Part shown: positions 13,688 through 26,859 of the stretch, one piece after another
Layout of the letters: every line of letters starts with the position of its first letter
How positions within the stretch are numbered: the first letter of the stretch is position 1
From: Eledone cirrhosa
Lineage: Eukaryota
DNA: 64,000 nt
Reading direction: 5' to 3'
Assembly: GCA_964016885.1 (NCBI GenBank)
Contig: OZ024743.1
Span: forward strand, 352,532,001-352,596,000
The notes under the pieces: generated by a model
The model's database searches: none
What the model was told of the DNA's origin: nothing
The model's input: only the letters and a program-made list of their open reading frames with translations
Position numbers and translations under genes: made by a program

Positions 13688-14199
13688 CTGTAACAAAAAA
13701 AAAAAAAGGAATAAAAAATCAGATTATATAAATTAACAAAATCTCACTACACCCTCTTCTTATAGCAAACATCTCCATGACAGACAACATATGTATCTTA
13801 CTCTACTGCAGCACATTATTTTATGAGTCAGAGTGAAGTTTGATTAATCCTTTCCTCAATATATTTCTAATCAAGTACTTGTACCCTGTACTACCGAGCT
13901 CTTCTAACGTTGGCAGCCCATCTGAGGAAGGGGCATGCGAGGTGGGGTGGTTGCTATAGTGGGTGTCACTGGCCATTGAATGCTTTTGCGGTCCTGTCTG
14001 TGGAGCACAGCCCCATTACTGCTACGTCCTAGGTCCAGAGCCCTACCCACTTCTGTGACACTAGAGCCCTTGCCTTTCCCGCTTTTAAATTTTTTTTTTT
14101 ATTTTGCATTCTATTCTTTCTTTTCAATCTAATTTTTTTTCTATTAAATTGTATTTACATGATATATTTTTACACAGAATAAAATAATTACAATTTTCA

Positions 14200-14540
14200 A
14201 ATGATTTTGAAAATAAAGTGTTTACCCACAGTCCTTTCGATATTCACCCACTACACTGCTTCTTTCACTATAGCTACCAGTCAACAGATTAAAAAAATGT
14301 CAGCCTTTTCATGCATGAAGGTAGATCTTGGTGGAGATAGTTTAGAGCCAGATCTGTCCTATATGTAACATAACTCCACAAGTCAGCAATGTTTGGACAC
14401 TGAATGAGTCCAAGCCCCCTTCGGCACATTCAGGAAAATTTGTTTTTACCTGTGACACTGTTGAAGCTGCCTGAACAGGTTTTTGAGACTTTTACACTCA
14501 ACGTGCCTGTTGGGTACTCTCCCACAATCATACCATGCCC
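14200..14540 (-). mobile_element. Highly degenerate L1/Tx1-like ORF2 3' fragment
   Basis: Remnants QCPNIADLWSYV and LVAIVKEAV resembling the zf-RVT region. Confidence 0.35.
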
Positions 14541-16054
14541 CTAAAATGACACTCCAGTCACCAACTAACACTAAACAGTATTTATTTTTTACTCTTTAGT
14601 AAAGGGGTGGGGGAAGTTCTTATCACCCTTTTCAGAGCCTCCAAGAATAGTGAGAAGGAGAGAAGAAATTATTCTCAAATTAGAGACTCAGTCCAAATGC
14701 TTACAACAGAGCTTATTTTTATCTTAAGATTAAAACCTTTTTAAAGCACAAATCCCACACTGTTGTAGCTGGGCCGATCAAAGGTGGTGTACTTCTTGTA
14801 GCTGCATATAGGAAGTGTAATTTCATACATTTTTGAAATCCTGGTCTTGCTGATTACCACCACATCTATACTTTAGGTTATTAAGCAAGAGACCCTACTT
14901 CTAAGCCATGTGCATTCATATAACCTACTTTTAATACAGCTATGCTAAATAGAGAAAGAGATCACTCATATTTTAACATTTTCCTTACCATATTTCTCAT
15001 GAAAAACACTGCCTATGGGATTCAAATAATTAATAATTTGGAGAGATGTAGTAATATAACTAACTTTCTCATTATTAAACTCATGTTTGGAAGAAACAGT
15101 TTTGTCTTGTGGAACCAAGAGAGGTTTCAGGAAGTTTGATATGAAAAGGGTTTAAGAATAAGTAATCTGACTACTTGTTAAGGAAGTCTCAAAATGTCCT
15201 TCTGCTATATTTCTGGGCAAGCCCTCTTGCTTCCTTCATTTTCTCATCCATATTACTGAGGAGACCTGCTCCCTATTGCTTGCAGCTTTAGAAAAAGAGT
15301 AAAATTTGGTGGTGTTTTGGTATTGATCTTTTTGTTGGTGGTGGTTTTGATAGTGCCAATGGTCTTTGTGGGTGGGGTAGCAAAGGTTTTGTTTTTATTG
15401 ATACTGTTTTTGCTGCTGGTAATACAGCTTGCCTCTAGCAGAGGTGGTGGTGGGGTTGGTTGTGGGGGGAAGTGATATTTTCACCATTGCTGTTGCTGGT
15501 GCCACTGTTAATAGCAGTCATATCAGCAGTAAGATTGTTGGTATTATTAGTGATGGCAGTTGTGGAGGAGCTTGTTATTACAATTGCCTCACTACTGTTT
15601 GAACTGCTACGTTCTTTGGTGGTGGTAATGGTAGTAGGACTATTGTTGCAAAAGATTCCCTTCAGATTGGCAATACTGGTCTCACAGATGTCAAATTTCA
15701 TGTTTTCTCTCCTTGCTGGTTTTCTACCACAATGCATTCACCTCTGTGATTACCATATGTACTAGACCAATCTCTTACTTGTGGTTACAACTTCAGCCAT
15801 CTCCTCTCTCTCGTTTTTTTTTTTTTTTAAAAGAAATTTCAATTATATTAAAACAAAATTTCACTTACTGAAGAGGATTTAACAAAAAAAGAACATGAAA
15901 ATATTCCTCTCATGTCTCTTGTGGTTAGTTCTATAAGAAAATGATGAACACAAGAAACAATGACAAACACCTACAGTTGAGCAAAAACAATAGCATTTTA
16001 AAGAGAACTTATTTAACAACAGAATGTGATGCTCAGTTTGAAAGAAATAATAAT

Positions 16055-16639
16055 AATAGTGTTTGGTTTCCAATTGAAGCACAAGTCCAGCAATTTGGGG
16101 GAGGGGGTGATCGATCAAATTGATCCCAGTACTTGACTGGTACTTGATTTTATTGACCTGGGTGGATGAAATGCAAAGTTGACCAAGGCATGATTTGAAC
16201 TGAGAACATAAATGGTCGTAACTTAAATACAGTAAAACATTTTGTCTGACAAGTTAATCATTCTGCCAATTCACTACTGCTGCTACTACTACTACTATTA
16301 CTACTAGGGTAAGTGTAAAGACCCCCGCCCCAGTCACGAATGACCATGGAATTTGCACTTAGAAAGTTACCCTCTGAGGCACAAGTCCGGGCAAGGTTGT
16401 TTATGGAAGACCAGCAGTCGCCGATGAATACCGGCCTCCCCGCCTCCATGCCACTGATGATGTCCAAGGGAAAGGCAATGACTGATACAGCTTGACACCA
16501 GTGACATTGCAACTCATTTCTACAGCTGAGTAAACTGGAGCAACGTGAAATAAAGTGTCTTGCTCAAGGACACAATGCGGTCTGAGAATTGAATTCACAA
16601 CCTCCCGATTGCAAGTTCAATGCTCTAACCACTAAGCCA

Positions 16640-16640
<1 letters not shown>
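16055..16640 (-). mobile_element. Family-A SINE (16055-16272) followed by family-B tRNA SINE (16305-16640)
   Basis: Family B head tggcttagtggttagagca and body gtccttgagcaagacactttatttcacgttgctccagtttactcagctgtag. Confidence 0.8.
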
Positions 16641-16684
<44 letters not shown>

Positions 16685-16772
16685 ACCAACAATAATAACA
16701 CCACCACCAACAACAATGATTTCTAGTTTAGGCACAAAGCCATCAATTTGTGGGAAAGGGTTAGTTGATTAA

Positions 16773-16973
16773 CCCTTTAGCATTTAAAACAACTATATCT
16801 GGCCAGAATTCTCTCACCACTTTCTGTTCAAATCAGCCATAACCGGCTGCTTATACTTATGTTAAGGTATTGTTCTCAAAATAAATAATTTCAAAATCTT
16901 GTAGAATCAATATTATGTGAGATAAGGTGTTTATTGTGAAAATACAATAGTATATATAGAGTAATGTAAAGGG
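16773..16973. mobile_element. piggyBac-like MITE nested in a family-A SINE
   Basis: TTAA at 16769-16772 and 16974-16977; SINE sequence resumes on both sides. Confidence 0.8.
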
Positions 16974-18039
16974 TTAAAGTATCCTCAGTACCTAACTGGT
17001 ACATTTTATTGTCCCTGGAAATACGAAAGGCAAGTTAAACTCTGCAGGATTTATACTCAAAATGTAAAGAGCTGGAACAAATGCCACAAAGCTTTTGGTC
17101 AACATTTTAACAATTCTGCTGATCCATTGATGGTTATTGGGAAGAAACAATGAATTAATAATTGTGGTTGCCCAGTCATAGCCAAGAAGTATTACATATA
17201 CAGGTATGGCAAGGTTTGAGGCCTACATATGCAGGAAATTATGCCAGCACAATGAAATACAGACAGAAAAGAGTGGTGTAGACAGATATAGACCAGAAAA
17301 AGTCTCAGAAAATGATGGAATGATCATACTCTGGGATATGGATTTCTTCCATCAGACAACAATGTATCTCTAGAAGAAATAAAGGAATTATCCAAATATA
17401 AAAGATCTAAAAAAAAAATAGCAACCAAGATATGGTTCATGTTAGGAAGAGAATCCAGCCGTAGAAAACCTGCCAGATACAGTTCTATATGAGCGAGACA
17501 CGGTCACCTGACCAATCTTGCCTCAAGTGAGACAATCCTGTCCAACCCATGCTAGCGTGGAAGATGGACGTTAAATGATGATGATGATGATAGCCAGAAT
17601 GTAGGGATTAACAACAGAAACAATTGAAGTGCTATAATAGGTGGCTTGGGAATAATAATAAAAAATCATGCAGACAAATGCATAACCAAAACTCCAGGAC
17701 TTACATACACAATATACAGAAAATATCCCTACTAAGCATTGCACATATATTACATAGACTACGTTCAATACAACAGAAAACACAAAATTAAAACAAAACA
17801 CTATATGTGCCCAAAGCACAGACAGCTGCACTCAGTTGGGCATGAAAGCACACAAAACCACCGAATTAACAACAACAACAACAACGGTGGTTCTAATGTT
17901 GTAGCTGACTTGTTGGGAATTAAAAAAATAAAAAGGGACTAACAAGCAGCCATGATGGAAGAGAAGGATTCGACGAAGGATTTAAGCAAATTGGAAGAAT
18001 GAAAAAAATGGAAGGTTACAGAACAAATGGAAAAAAGGA

Positions 18040-19683
18040 ACATGGTGTCACAAATGAGATGAGAGTGCTAGAGAAGAATAAGATAAAGCTCTTAAGGGAC
18101 TTCCCAATTCAGACCGAGATGAAGATTGAACACAACAAACCAGGTATTGTTGTAATTGAGAAGAAGGAAAGAAACTGTACCTTCACAGATGTAGTGTGTC
18201 CCTTTGACACCAGAATTGAACGAAAAGAGGAAGAAGTAGAGGCTTATACTGACTTGAAATGCTGGAGCAATGAAGTGAAGGCAGTCACCATTGTACTAGT
18301 TGTGGTTAGTGCTCTTAGCATGGTGACAAAGAACCTTGAAAAGTACCTGTCGATAATAGACTTTGCACCGGGGATTGAATCACTCCCTAAAATAACCGGT
18401 CCGAAGCAACAACAAAGTTGATCATGATAATTAGTCAAATAATAATAATAATTTTGGAGAGGGATATAGGAGCAGGATGTTGAGCATAATAATCGGGCAG
18501 ACTATAAGGCCTATCAGGAAGCATACTGTTCTTGTCATGGGATGGATAGACTACAAGAAGGCATTCAACATGGTTTCTCATTCTTGGATAACCAAGTGTC
18601 TAAAAATCTTCAAGGTGGCAGATAACATCAGATAGCTAGATAGAAAGACAAAGAAATTAATGACTACCTATAGTATGTTTCATAAGAAGGGTGATGTCGA
18701 TAGACTGTACTTAAGGAGATCTGAAGGTGGAAGAGGTCCAATCAGCAGTGAGGAATGTGTTCAGATAGAGAAGAGCTGTTTACACACATATGTGTCTGAG
18801 ACAATGGATGTTCAAGAAAGAAGTAACAACAAAAAGGAAGAATAACCTGAATGAAAAGACCCTTCATGGCATCTATTTGAAGAAAACAGAATTCAGAGAT
18901 CTGCAGACATGGAACTGGTTAAAGAAAGGGGACCTTAAGAAAGCTTCAGAGGGAATGTTACTGGCTGCACAGAAGCAAATGCTTAGAATGATGTGCATAA
19001 AACACCTTCTTGGCAAGAAGGATTGCCCACTCTGTAGGTTCTTTGAAGAGAGAGAGGAGACTGTGGCTCACATCGTATCCAAGTGTATCCAAGTGTAAAC
19101 ACCTAGCCCAGACTCACTATAAAGGATGGAGGCATGATATCACAGGAAAAGTTATTTACTGCCATTTATGCAAACTGAACAAATTACCTCATTTTGAGAA
19201 ATGGTATGAGCATAAGCCAGAGTTAGTGATAGAAAACGATTGGGTGGAGGTGCTGTGGGATTTCAGGATACAAATGGAGACAAAGAATTAGAATGCAATA
19301 GGCCTGACCTGGTGACTTTTGACAAATAAAAAATATCTTGCTTGATTATAGATGTAACTTGTCCCTTTGACACGAGAGTGTAAGAGAAGGAGAAAATTAA
19401 CAGGTACCAGGATCTAAAGTAGGAACTGAAAAGGATTTGGGACTGTCATGAGATCAAGGTCATCCCCCATCATCATAGGAACACTAGGCACTATCTTGAA
19501 GAGATTTAAAGGCTGGTTAAAGAACATTAGCCCACCCCCTTTTTCGGAACACTCCAGGAGGCATGCCTACTGGGAGCAGCAAGGACCCTCTGATACATCC
19601 TGAATATCTGAGACTGCAGGTACCAGCTTGATGTTCATTAGGGTAAATTTTCCAGTTAAATAACATCAATGACTGAGATATCA

Positions 19684-19725
<42 letters not shown>
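18040..19725 (+). mobile_element. Degenerate R4/Dong-like (restriction-like endonuclease) LINE fragments ending in (TAA)n
   Basis: GDVDRLYLRRSEGGRG, CPLCR...ETVAHIVSKC, LWDF.IQ, NRPDLV, IDV.CPFD motifs; (AAT)n tail. Confidence 0.8.
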
Positions 19726-20144
19726 TGTTTCTACTTTTGGCACAAGGCCAGCAACTACCCAGTGTATCGTAGTTTATTTTATCGACCCCGTAAGGATGAA
19801 AGGCAAAGTTAACATTGGCGGGATTTGAACTCAGAATGGCAAGGGCCGTAACTATGCGTCAAAGCATGGCGTCTGACCCTCTACCGATACTGCCAATCCA
19901 CCGCCCTTTATAATAATAATAATAATAATAATAATGATAATAATTGTTTCTACTTTAGGCACAAGGCCAGCAATTTGAAGGGGAGGGGGAAAATCGACCC
20001 CAGTGCTTTATTTTATTGACCCCGTAAGGATGAAAGGCAAAGCTAACTTTGGTGAGATTTTAACTTAGAATGTAAAGGACCATAACTCTATGCTGCAATG
20101 CATAGTGTCTGACACTCTACCAATACTGCCAATTCACCGCCCTT

Positions 20145-20179
<35 letters not shown>

Positions 20180-20363
20180 TGTTTCTACTTTTGGCACAAG
20201 GCCAGCAATTACCCCAGTACTTACTGGTGCTTTATTTTATCGACCCTGTAGGGATGAAAGGCAAAGCTAACCATGGCGAGATTTGAACCCATAGTGTAAA
20301 GGGCCATAACTCTATGCTGCAGATCATGTTGTCCAGCGCTCTACCATTACTGCCAATCCACCA
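19724..20363 (-). mobile_element. Three tandem family-A SINEs separated by (AAT)n
   Basis: Direct repeat units at ~19724, ~19941 and ~20177. Confidence 0.85.
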
Positions 20364-20364
20364 C

Positions 20365-20639
20365 TCTACGTGTAGGGTTTACATATAGGGGACAATACAA
20401 AAACACATCTGATTAAAAGAGGTTTGGCAGAAAAATCAATGTGAACAGGACGCTGACAAAGAGTGACTTGAAACCAGAAATTAAAGCACTGATTAGTGCA
20501 GCACAGGAGCAAACACTCAGGACAAACTACGTGAAGTGTAAAATAGATTTTATGACTGATAGGGATAAGTGCAGGATGTGTTGTGAAAAAGGAGAAACAG
20601 CATGACATATTAGTAGCAAGTGTACGAAGCTTGCACAAA
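20365..20639 (+). mobile_element. R4/Dong-like LINE fragment interrupted by a Helitron (resumes at 24716)
   Basis: SAAQEQTLRTNY...CRMCCEKGET..HISSKCTKLAQ joins IEYKRQHGKVTRMISWELC. Confidence 0.8.
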
Positions 20640-21180
20640 TCTATATATATAAAACTGAGGTCGTCTGTCTGTCTACTAAAACGGTCGGCATACATCTCCT
20701 CCTAAACCGTACGTTCAAATTTTGGTGAAATTGCTACACTTATAGACGAAGGTCCGGCGGAGACATCGGTCAAAAAAATGTTCAAATCGACCCAGGCCAA
20801 GTGCAAAAATCGAATTTGTAATGTATTGATTTTTCAGTTCAAATGTATAAATAGAGATGAGAGACAGGTTATTTGCCTTTTATGTCGTCATTCTGTCTAT
20901 CTATTTACGTTACGAATAAACGACTCATGCAAAAGTACAAAAATACGCGAACAGTTTTCGGACAAGCAAAATTTTAACCTGCAAAATTCATGAGTTCGAA
21001 GTTTCGACATTAAGCTTCCATTTTGCTTCATTTCCATTAAAAAGTCTTTTAAAACAATATTTTTACTTGAAAACAAGCCTATTTGAATACACCGTAAAAC
21101 AAGCAAATATTTTGTAAAAAAGCATTGATCTCGAATAAAGCCTTATGAGATTTTCATTTAGAAGTAATGATTTTAAACGA

Positions 21181-21420
21181 CAGACAGTCGTGCAGAGAGG
21201 TGATATAGGCGATAAAGTTGTGCAGACAGACAGTCGTGCAGAGAGGTGATATAGGCGATAAAGTTGTGCAGACAGACAGTCGTGCAGAGAGGTGATATAG
21301 GCGATAAAGTTGTGCAGACAGACAGTCGTGCAGAGAGGTGATATAGGCGATAAAGTTGTGCAGACAGATAGTCGTGCAGAGTGTTGATATAGGCGATGAA
21401 TGTGTGCAGACAGACAGTCA
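21181..21420. repeat. 46-bp minisatellite, about 5 copies, inside the Helitron
   Basis: Unit cagacagtcgtgcagagaggtgatataggcgataaagttgtgcaga. Confidence 0.95.
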
Positions 21421-23748
21421 AGTGCATCAAATACATATGTAAGTATGTTAATAAGGGTTCTGATGCTGCTTCGTTCGGTATACTCAACGAAAACAATAGA
21501 GACGAAGTAATGCAATTCCAAGTTGGGCGCTACTACTATCAGTAGTAGCGAAGCCTTTTGGCAAATCTTCGGTTTTCCAATACATGATAGGCACCCTTCA
21601 ATTGTAAAATTAGATGTACACCTAGAACACGGTCAACGGATGTACTATACCAACAAAAATGCCACTGAATTGGCACAGACCCCAAGGGAGACAACTTTAG
21701 CTGAATTTTTCAAACTGTGCGAATACGATGACTTCGCAAAATCATTGCTGTATCCTCAGGTGCCATCATACTACACATGGAATAAAAAAAACATGGAGTC
21801 ACAGAAAGACTGGCCAACCAGTTATTGGAGTTCCCGGGATCAAATTCACTAATTGCTTGGGGCGAGTGTATACGATTCCTCCAAATCAACACGAGTGCTT
21901 CTATCTTCGAATGCTACTGCATGAGGTCAAAGGACCGACCAGTTTTCAGGACCTCAGAACTTACGGTAATCATGTTTGGTCTACATACAGAGATGCCTGT
22001 TTGGCACGTGGAATGTTTGAAGATGACTCACGATGGGATGCAACCTTGGTGGAGATCGCTTCATCACACTCAGCTGGAAGCCTACAAGAACTCTTTGCAA
22101 AGCTTCTTCACTTATGTAACATTTGTGATCCCTACACTTTATGGTTGAAGTTTCGGAACCAACTGTCTGAGGACTTCCTGCACCAGGCTCAACTACTACT
22201 TCCTGACATAGAAGTAGATTTCAGTGATGATTTATACAATAAAGGGCTTATAGGCATAGAGGACAGGATTTTCCTTATGGGTGGGAATGCCTTGCTAGCA
22301 TACGGTCTGCCTCAAACCCATCGCACTGATTCTAATAAAATTCCAACTCTCATCATCCAAGAAACATCTTATGATGTCGACACTCTAGCTAGATATGTGT
22401 TTGAAATGGAACCAAAACTACTTCCCGATCAGCAATTTGCATACAACACTATCACTGACTATGTATTTCATAGATGGGGTGGTATCTTCTTACTTGATGC
22501 CCCTGGAGGCACTGGAAAAACCTTTGTTACTAAACTTCTTCTTGCCAAAGTTAGACAGTTGCATCATCCGGTATTGCAGCAACACTACTTCCTGGCGGCA
22601 GGACAGCACACTCTACCTTTAAGCTTCCGCTTAACTTGGTATCAGCTGAAACACCGCTCTGTGACATCACCAAGGATAGTCCAAGAGCAGAACTGCTACA
22701 ACGGTGCCAACTGATTGTGTGGGATGAATGCACCATGGCTCACAAAGGAGCTATTGAGGCCTTAGATAGAACACTGAAAGACATTAGAGACCGTCAGGAG
22801 ACCATGGGGGGTGTAACTCTTTTGCTTTCAGGGGACTTTCGACAAACTTTGCTGGTTATTCCAAAGGGCACCAGAGCGGATCAAGTTCGGGCCTGCCTGA
22901 AGTCTTCTCCATTGTGGCAACAGGTAACAACGCTTCGTCTGACCACTAACATGTGTGTTCAAGTGCATGGCGATACTGTGTCTGAAAAATTTGCTGAACA
23001 CCTTCTCATTCTTGGCAACGGCAAAGTACCTTCAGATGTTCATGGAGACATTGCACTCGACAATATATGCTGTCTGGTTAACACTGTCGAAGATCTCAAG
23101 GCAGCCGTTTTTCTCAACTTGGCAGATAATTACCGCAATCATACATGGCTGTGTGAGAGGGTTATATTAGATCCTACAAGTGTCACTGTCTCCGCCATTA
23201 ATCGCCAAATGCTTGAAAGTCTTCTTGGAAATGATAAGACTTTTAAGTCTATTGATACCAATGTTGATCCACATGATGCGGTCAATTATCCCATTGAATT
23301 CATCAATTCATTGGATACTCCCGGTCTACCTCAACATATTTTGTTTCTCTAGGAAAGATGTCTGAGAAATATAACCCTTCCCAAGCTTTGCAATGGTACA
23401 CGCCTTGTTGTCAATAGGATGTCACAGCACATTATTTGTGCTACGAATATGTCGGGGTGTGGAAAAGGAGAAGATGTTTTAATACCTACGGTAACTCTTA
23501 CTACATCAAGAGTGGATGCACCCTATTCTTTTAAAAGAACCCAATTTCCCCTTCGTGTTGCCTTTGCTATGTCCATCAACAAGTCCCAGGGTCAGACTTT
23601 ATCTGTGGCAGGACTTCACTTGGAGGAGTTATGTTTTTCACATGGACAATTCTACATTGGATGTCCTTGAGTTGGCAGCCGGAACAACCTCTTTGCTTTT
23701 GCTCCAAACGGAAAAACAAAGAATATTGTATACCGTGAGGTTTTATAG
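21421..23748 (+). pseudogene. Frameshifted partial RepHel (Rep motif 3 plus Pif1-family helicase)
   Basis: KYICKYVNKGSD, SSSEAFWQIFGF, LDAPGGTGKT, IVWDECTM, GDFRQTL, QFPLRVAFAMSINKSQGQTL split across frames. Confidence 0.9.
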
Positions 23749-24771
23749 GGTTTTTTGGTTCAAAACGGCAATGTTACACCGACTGCCTTAAATATATAGC
23801 ATCTACGAAACCTGTATTCAACATCGATGCAGTGCATTCTATTGACACCTAGGCCTCTAGGGACCAGTATCGCTCGCAAATCAAAGCGGACTCTGAAATC
23901 GATGCTTTCGATTGTTAAGGACGCCCCTCCAGTCGCTGACAAGTCCGGCGTTTAATACATAGACACACACAACTTGGCGCATACATACAAAGATTGTTCC
24001 CGTCATTTCTTTCATTGTTTCAATATGCATTCCGACCTAGACAACATGCAACAACAGCATTTCTGGTGCGTCGAAGTAAACTTTCATCATCATTCTCAAT
24101 TGCATGTGAAGATGCAATGGAAGCAGCATTTCTGTTTTGTTGATTTCAGCGATTCTTTTTGGTGAATATAGCTTTTGCTGCAGTTGTCCATTTCGCATGC
24201 TGTGGCTGTCTATAATCTGCCCATCAAACTCACCATGGGTATGTTATGAGCCCTTCATAGTTTATACTTAAACATCTACACTATTACAGTGTCAATATTT
24301 TTTATCACAGGTGTGAACTTCTTTGATGCTGCCTGCCCCCTCGACTTCGGATAACGCATTTTTTTTTTGTTTTTCATGTCCATCCAATTTCTTTGTTTCA
24401 AAATAACTCATAGTTTGGTTACGCTGATGTTTTTCTCTGAGCCAAGTGTTGCAGTGTTTACATTTTCGATTTTTGTTAATAGATTACCAGTGCAGTTTTT
24501 ATCACCAGCATCCTCTTTTGTTTTAACATTCGGGTTATGGTTATGTTTTCTTAACTTCATAAGGCATACTGTTGGTTGAGGGAATATTAATCAAAAGTAC
24601 CACATGAAAGTCTACACTGTAGACTCTACAGTTTTTAAGCCAAGAAAGGAACTTAACATTGTAACTTTAACACAGCTACTGAGCAGCCCCGAGCAACGCC
24701 GGGCTTTACTGCTAGTAGAATATAAAAGGCAACATGGAAAAGTCACAAGAATGATATCTTGGGAACTATGT

Positions 24772-25033
24772 CTAAGTCTATGTCTAAAGTCTGCTTATCC
24801 CGGTTTCATGGCATGAAATGACTGAGAGTACAAGACTTCCCTCTGGACAAGACGCCAGTCCATCACAGGGTTAACCTCCCAGCTACTGCTGGTACTCATT
24901 TTCAGCTGAGTATACTGGAGCAACGTGAGATGAAGTGTTTTGCTCAAGAACACAACACGAAACCCAGGAATCGAACCTATGACATTATGATCGTAAGTCT
25001 AACACCCTTACAACTAGGCCACGTGCCTCCACT
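24772..25033 (-). mobile_element. Family-B-like tRNA SINE with 13-bp TSD
   Basis: ttgggaactatgt at 24759-24771 and 25034-25046; head ggaggcacgtggcctagttg. Confidence 0.85.
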
Positions 25034-25451
25034 TTGGGAACTATGTGACAAGTGTTAATTAGGTGGGGAACAACGACAGAAACATTAAACAACAAAATGA
25101 ACAAAGGAGGCTCAGGTGGTCACTCGGTCTGCTTGAAACAGTAGCCAAATTTCCATTAAGCCATACCTTATTGTCTTAAAAGGAAAGAGGACAAATTGGA
25201 TAATGTGATCCTAGATGAACTTTGCCTAGGAAGAAGATGAGAAGGTCACAGAAGAAGTACTTTTGATCATAGGTCAGCTCAATCAGGAATGGCCTAGTGC
25301 TACACAACAGTTCCACCACCACTACCAATAACAACAACAACAATACCACCACCACAACCAGCAACGACAACAACAACAACGACGACAATACTACTACCAT
25401 CACCAACGAAAAAAACAACAAAAAAACAATGATGAGAAAAATTAGACTCAC

Positions 25452-25535
25452 TAATATTCTGGCCTAAGGGTATAGGCTGCTGTAACTGGGGCGGTTCGAC
25501 TTCCATAGGAGTTTCCGTTTTAGGGAGCGGTTCCA
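25452..25535 (-). CDS. Internal coding exon of host gene (84 nt, phase 1-1)
   Basis: Acceptor cttcatttctaacatttcag, donor A|gtgagt; EPLPKTETPMEVEPPQLQQPIPLGQNI; phase compatible with the 13687 acceptor. Confidence 0.75.
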
Positions 25536-25752
25536 CTGAAATGTTAGAAATGAAGAATAGTTTAAGGTGCTAAAATAAAGGACATGTAAGAATTGGTAAT
25601 CTAAGAGGGAAAAAAGAGAAGAGTCAATAAAATAAAAGAAGCAATAGATTTACTATCATCTAAATAATAATGGGGGGAAAAAATAATTAAAAAAAAACAT
25701 ATTGTTTAGTAGAGCCTTCTTCAAGGAAATAAATTCACTTTGCAGAGGATAA

Positions 25753-25786
<34 letters not shown>

Positions 25787-25819
25787 TATTTGTTTTGTAA
25801 GGAGAAAAAAAAAGAGAGG

Positions 25820-26720
25820 GAGAGAGAGAGAACGAGATGGAAATTATCAATGTTCAGAAGTAATAGTGAATAATATTTTCTTCACACCCTTCTTTCTCTC
25901 TTTCTCACTCTCTCTCGAATGTCCTTTTTTTCTTTTCTCTAGATTCAAAGTAAAACAACTTTAGCCAAAGCAAATGGATTTAAACTTAGCTAGTATGAGC
26001 AATACATGTATACATATACACACGCACATATATTTTATATAGAAATGACTTCATAAAAATGAAACAGTTCTAGTCATGTAGAAGTTATATATATATCATA
26101 CAATAAAACATTCAAGAACTCAACGTACTTTTTTGACATAGGAATGACAGAGTATTTATAGAATAATGAAATACAAAGTAGTTCAGATGTTAAAATTCCT
26201 TTATTGAAAGGCTGTATATATATTTCGATAACAGCAGAGGCCACATAATTCCGTGTTAAATCCAATGCCATGATCTTATCAGACAGCTCGGCTGATAGCT
26301 TCAAAAATATTGTATTCATTCGTTCCCTTGTCACTTAGAATTTGGATTGCCTAATAAAAGTAACCTTATTATGTAAGAAGCTGTCTGATGAGATCATGGC
26401 ATAGAATTTAACATGAAATTACATGGCCTCTGCTGTCATAGAAATATATATAACAGCCTTTCAATAAAGGAATTTTAACATCTGAACTACTTTGTATTTC
26501 ATTAGGACTAGAACTGTTTCATTTGAATGAAACAGTTCTAGTCCTGTAGAAGTCATTAAGTTTAAATCAATTTGCTTTGGCTAAAGTTGTTTTACTTTGA
26601 ATCTAGAGAAAAGAAAAAAAGGACGTTCGAGAGAGGGTGAGAAAGAGAGAAAGAAGGGTGTGGAGAAAAAATTATTCAGTAATACTGCTGAATATTGATA
26701 ATTTCCATATCTCTCTCTCT
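25820..26720. repeat. Nested inverted repeat with hammerhead-bearing inner arms
   Basis: Outer arms ~25820-25988 / 26557-26720; inner arms ~26165-26287 / 26379-26503. Confidence 0.85.
26380..26457 (+). ncRNA. Type-I hammerhead ribozyme motif (PLE-type, long stem II)
   Basis: GCTGT-CTGATGA-gatcatggca...tgctgtcata-GAAA-TATATA-TA-ACAGC then AATAAA; stem II closing pair mutated. Confidence 0.65.
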
Positions 26721-26859
26721 CTTTTTCTTTCTCCTTACAATATATATATATAGAGAGAGAGAGACAGAGATTCCCTGAGTTATATGTGTATGTGTGAGGA
26801 ACAGCTTTTCTTTTAGACATGTATCTAAAAAAAATATAACCATGTTCTTTTTTCACCTA

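Larger units (their letters stand above)
20640..24715 (+). mobile_element. Helitron, internally deleted and defective
   Basis: A|TCTATATATATAAAA start; gccccgagcaacgccgggc hairpin then CTAG|T end; no TSD; flanks rejoin in frame. Confidence 0.93.

Noticed and set aside
15255-15800. Low-complexity T/N-rich ORFs and a possible donor near 15778 as host exons
   Set aside because: Stops and a frame change, no good acceptor
21181-21420. CRISPR-like array
   Set aside because: Contiguous tandem units with no unique spacers; eukaryotic context
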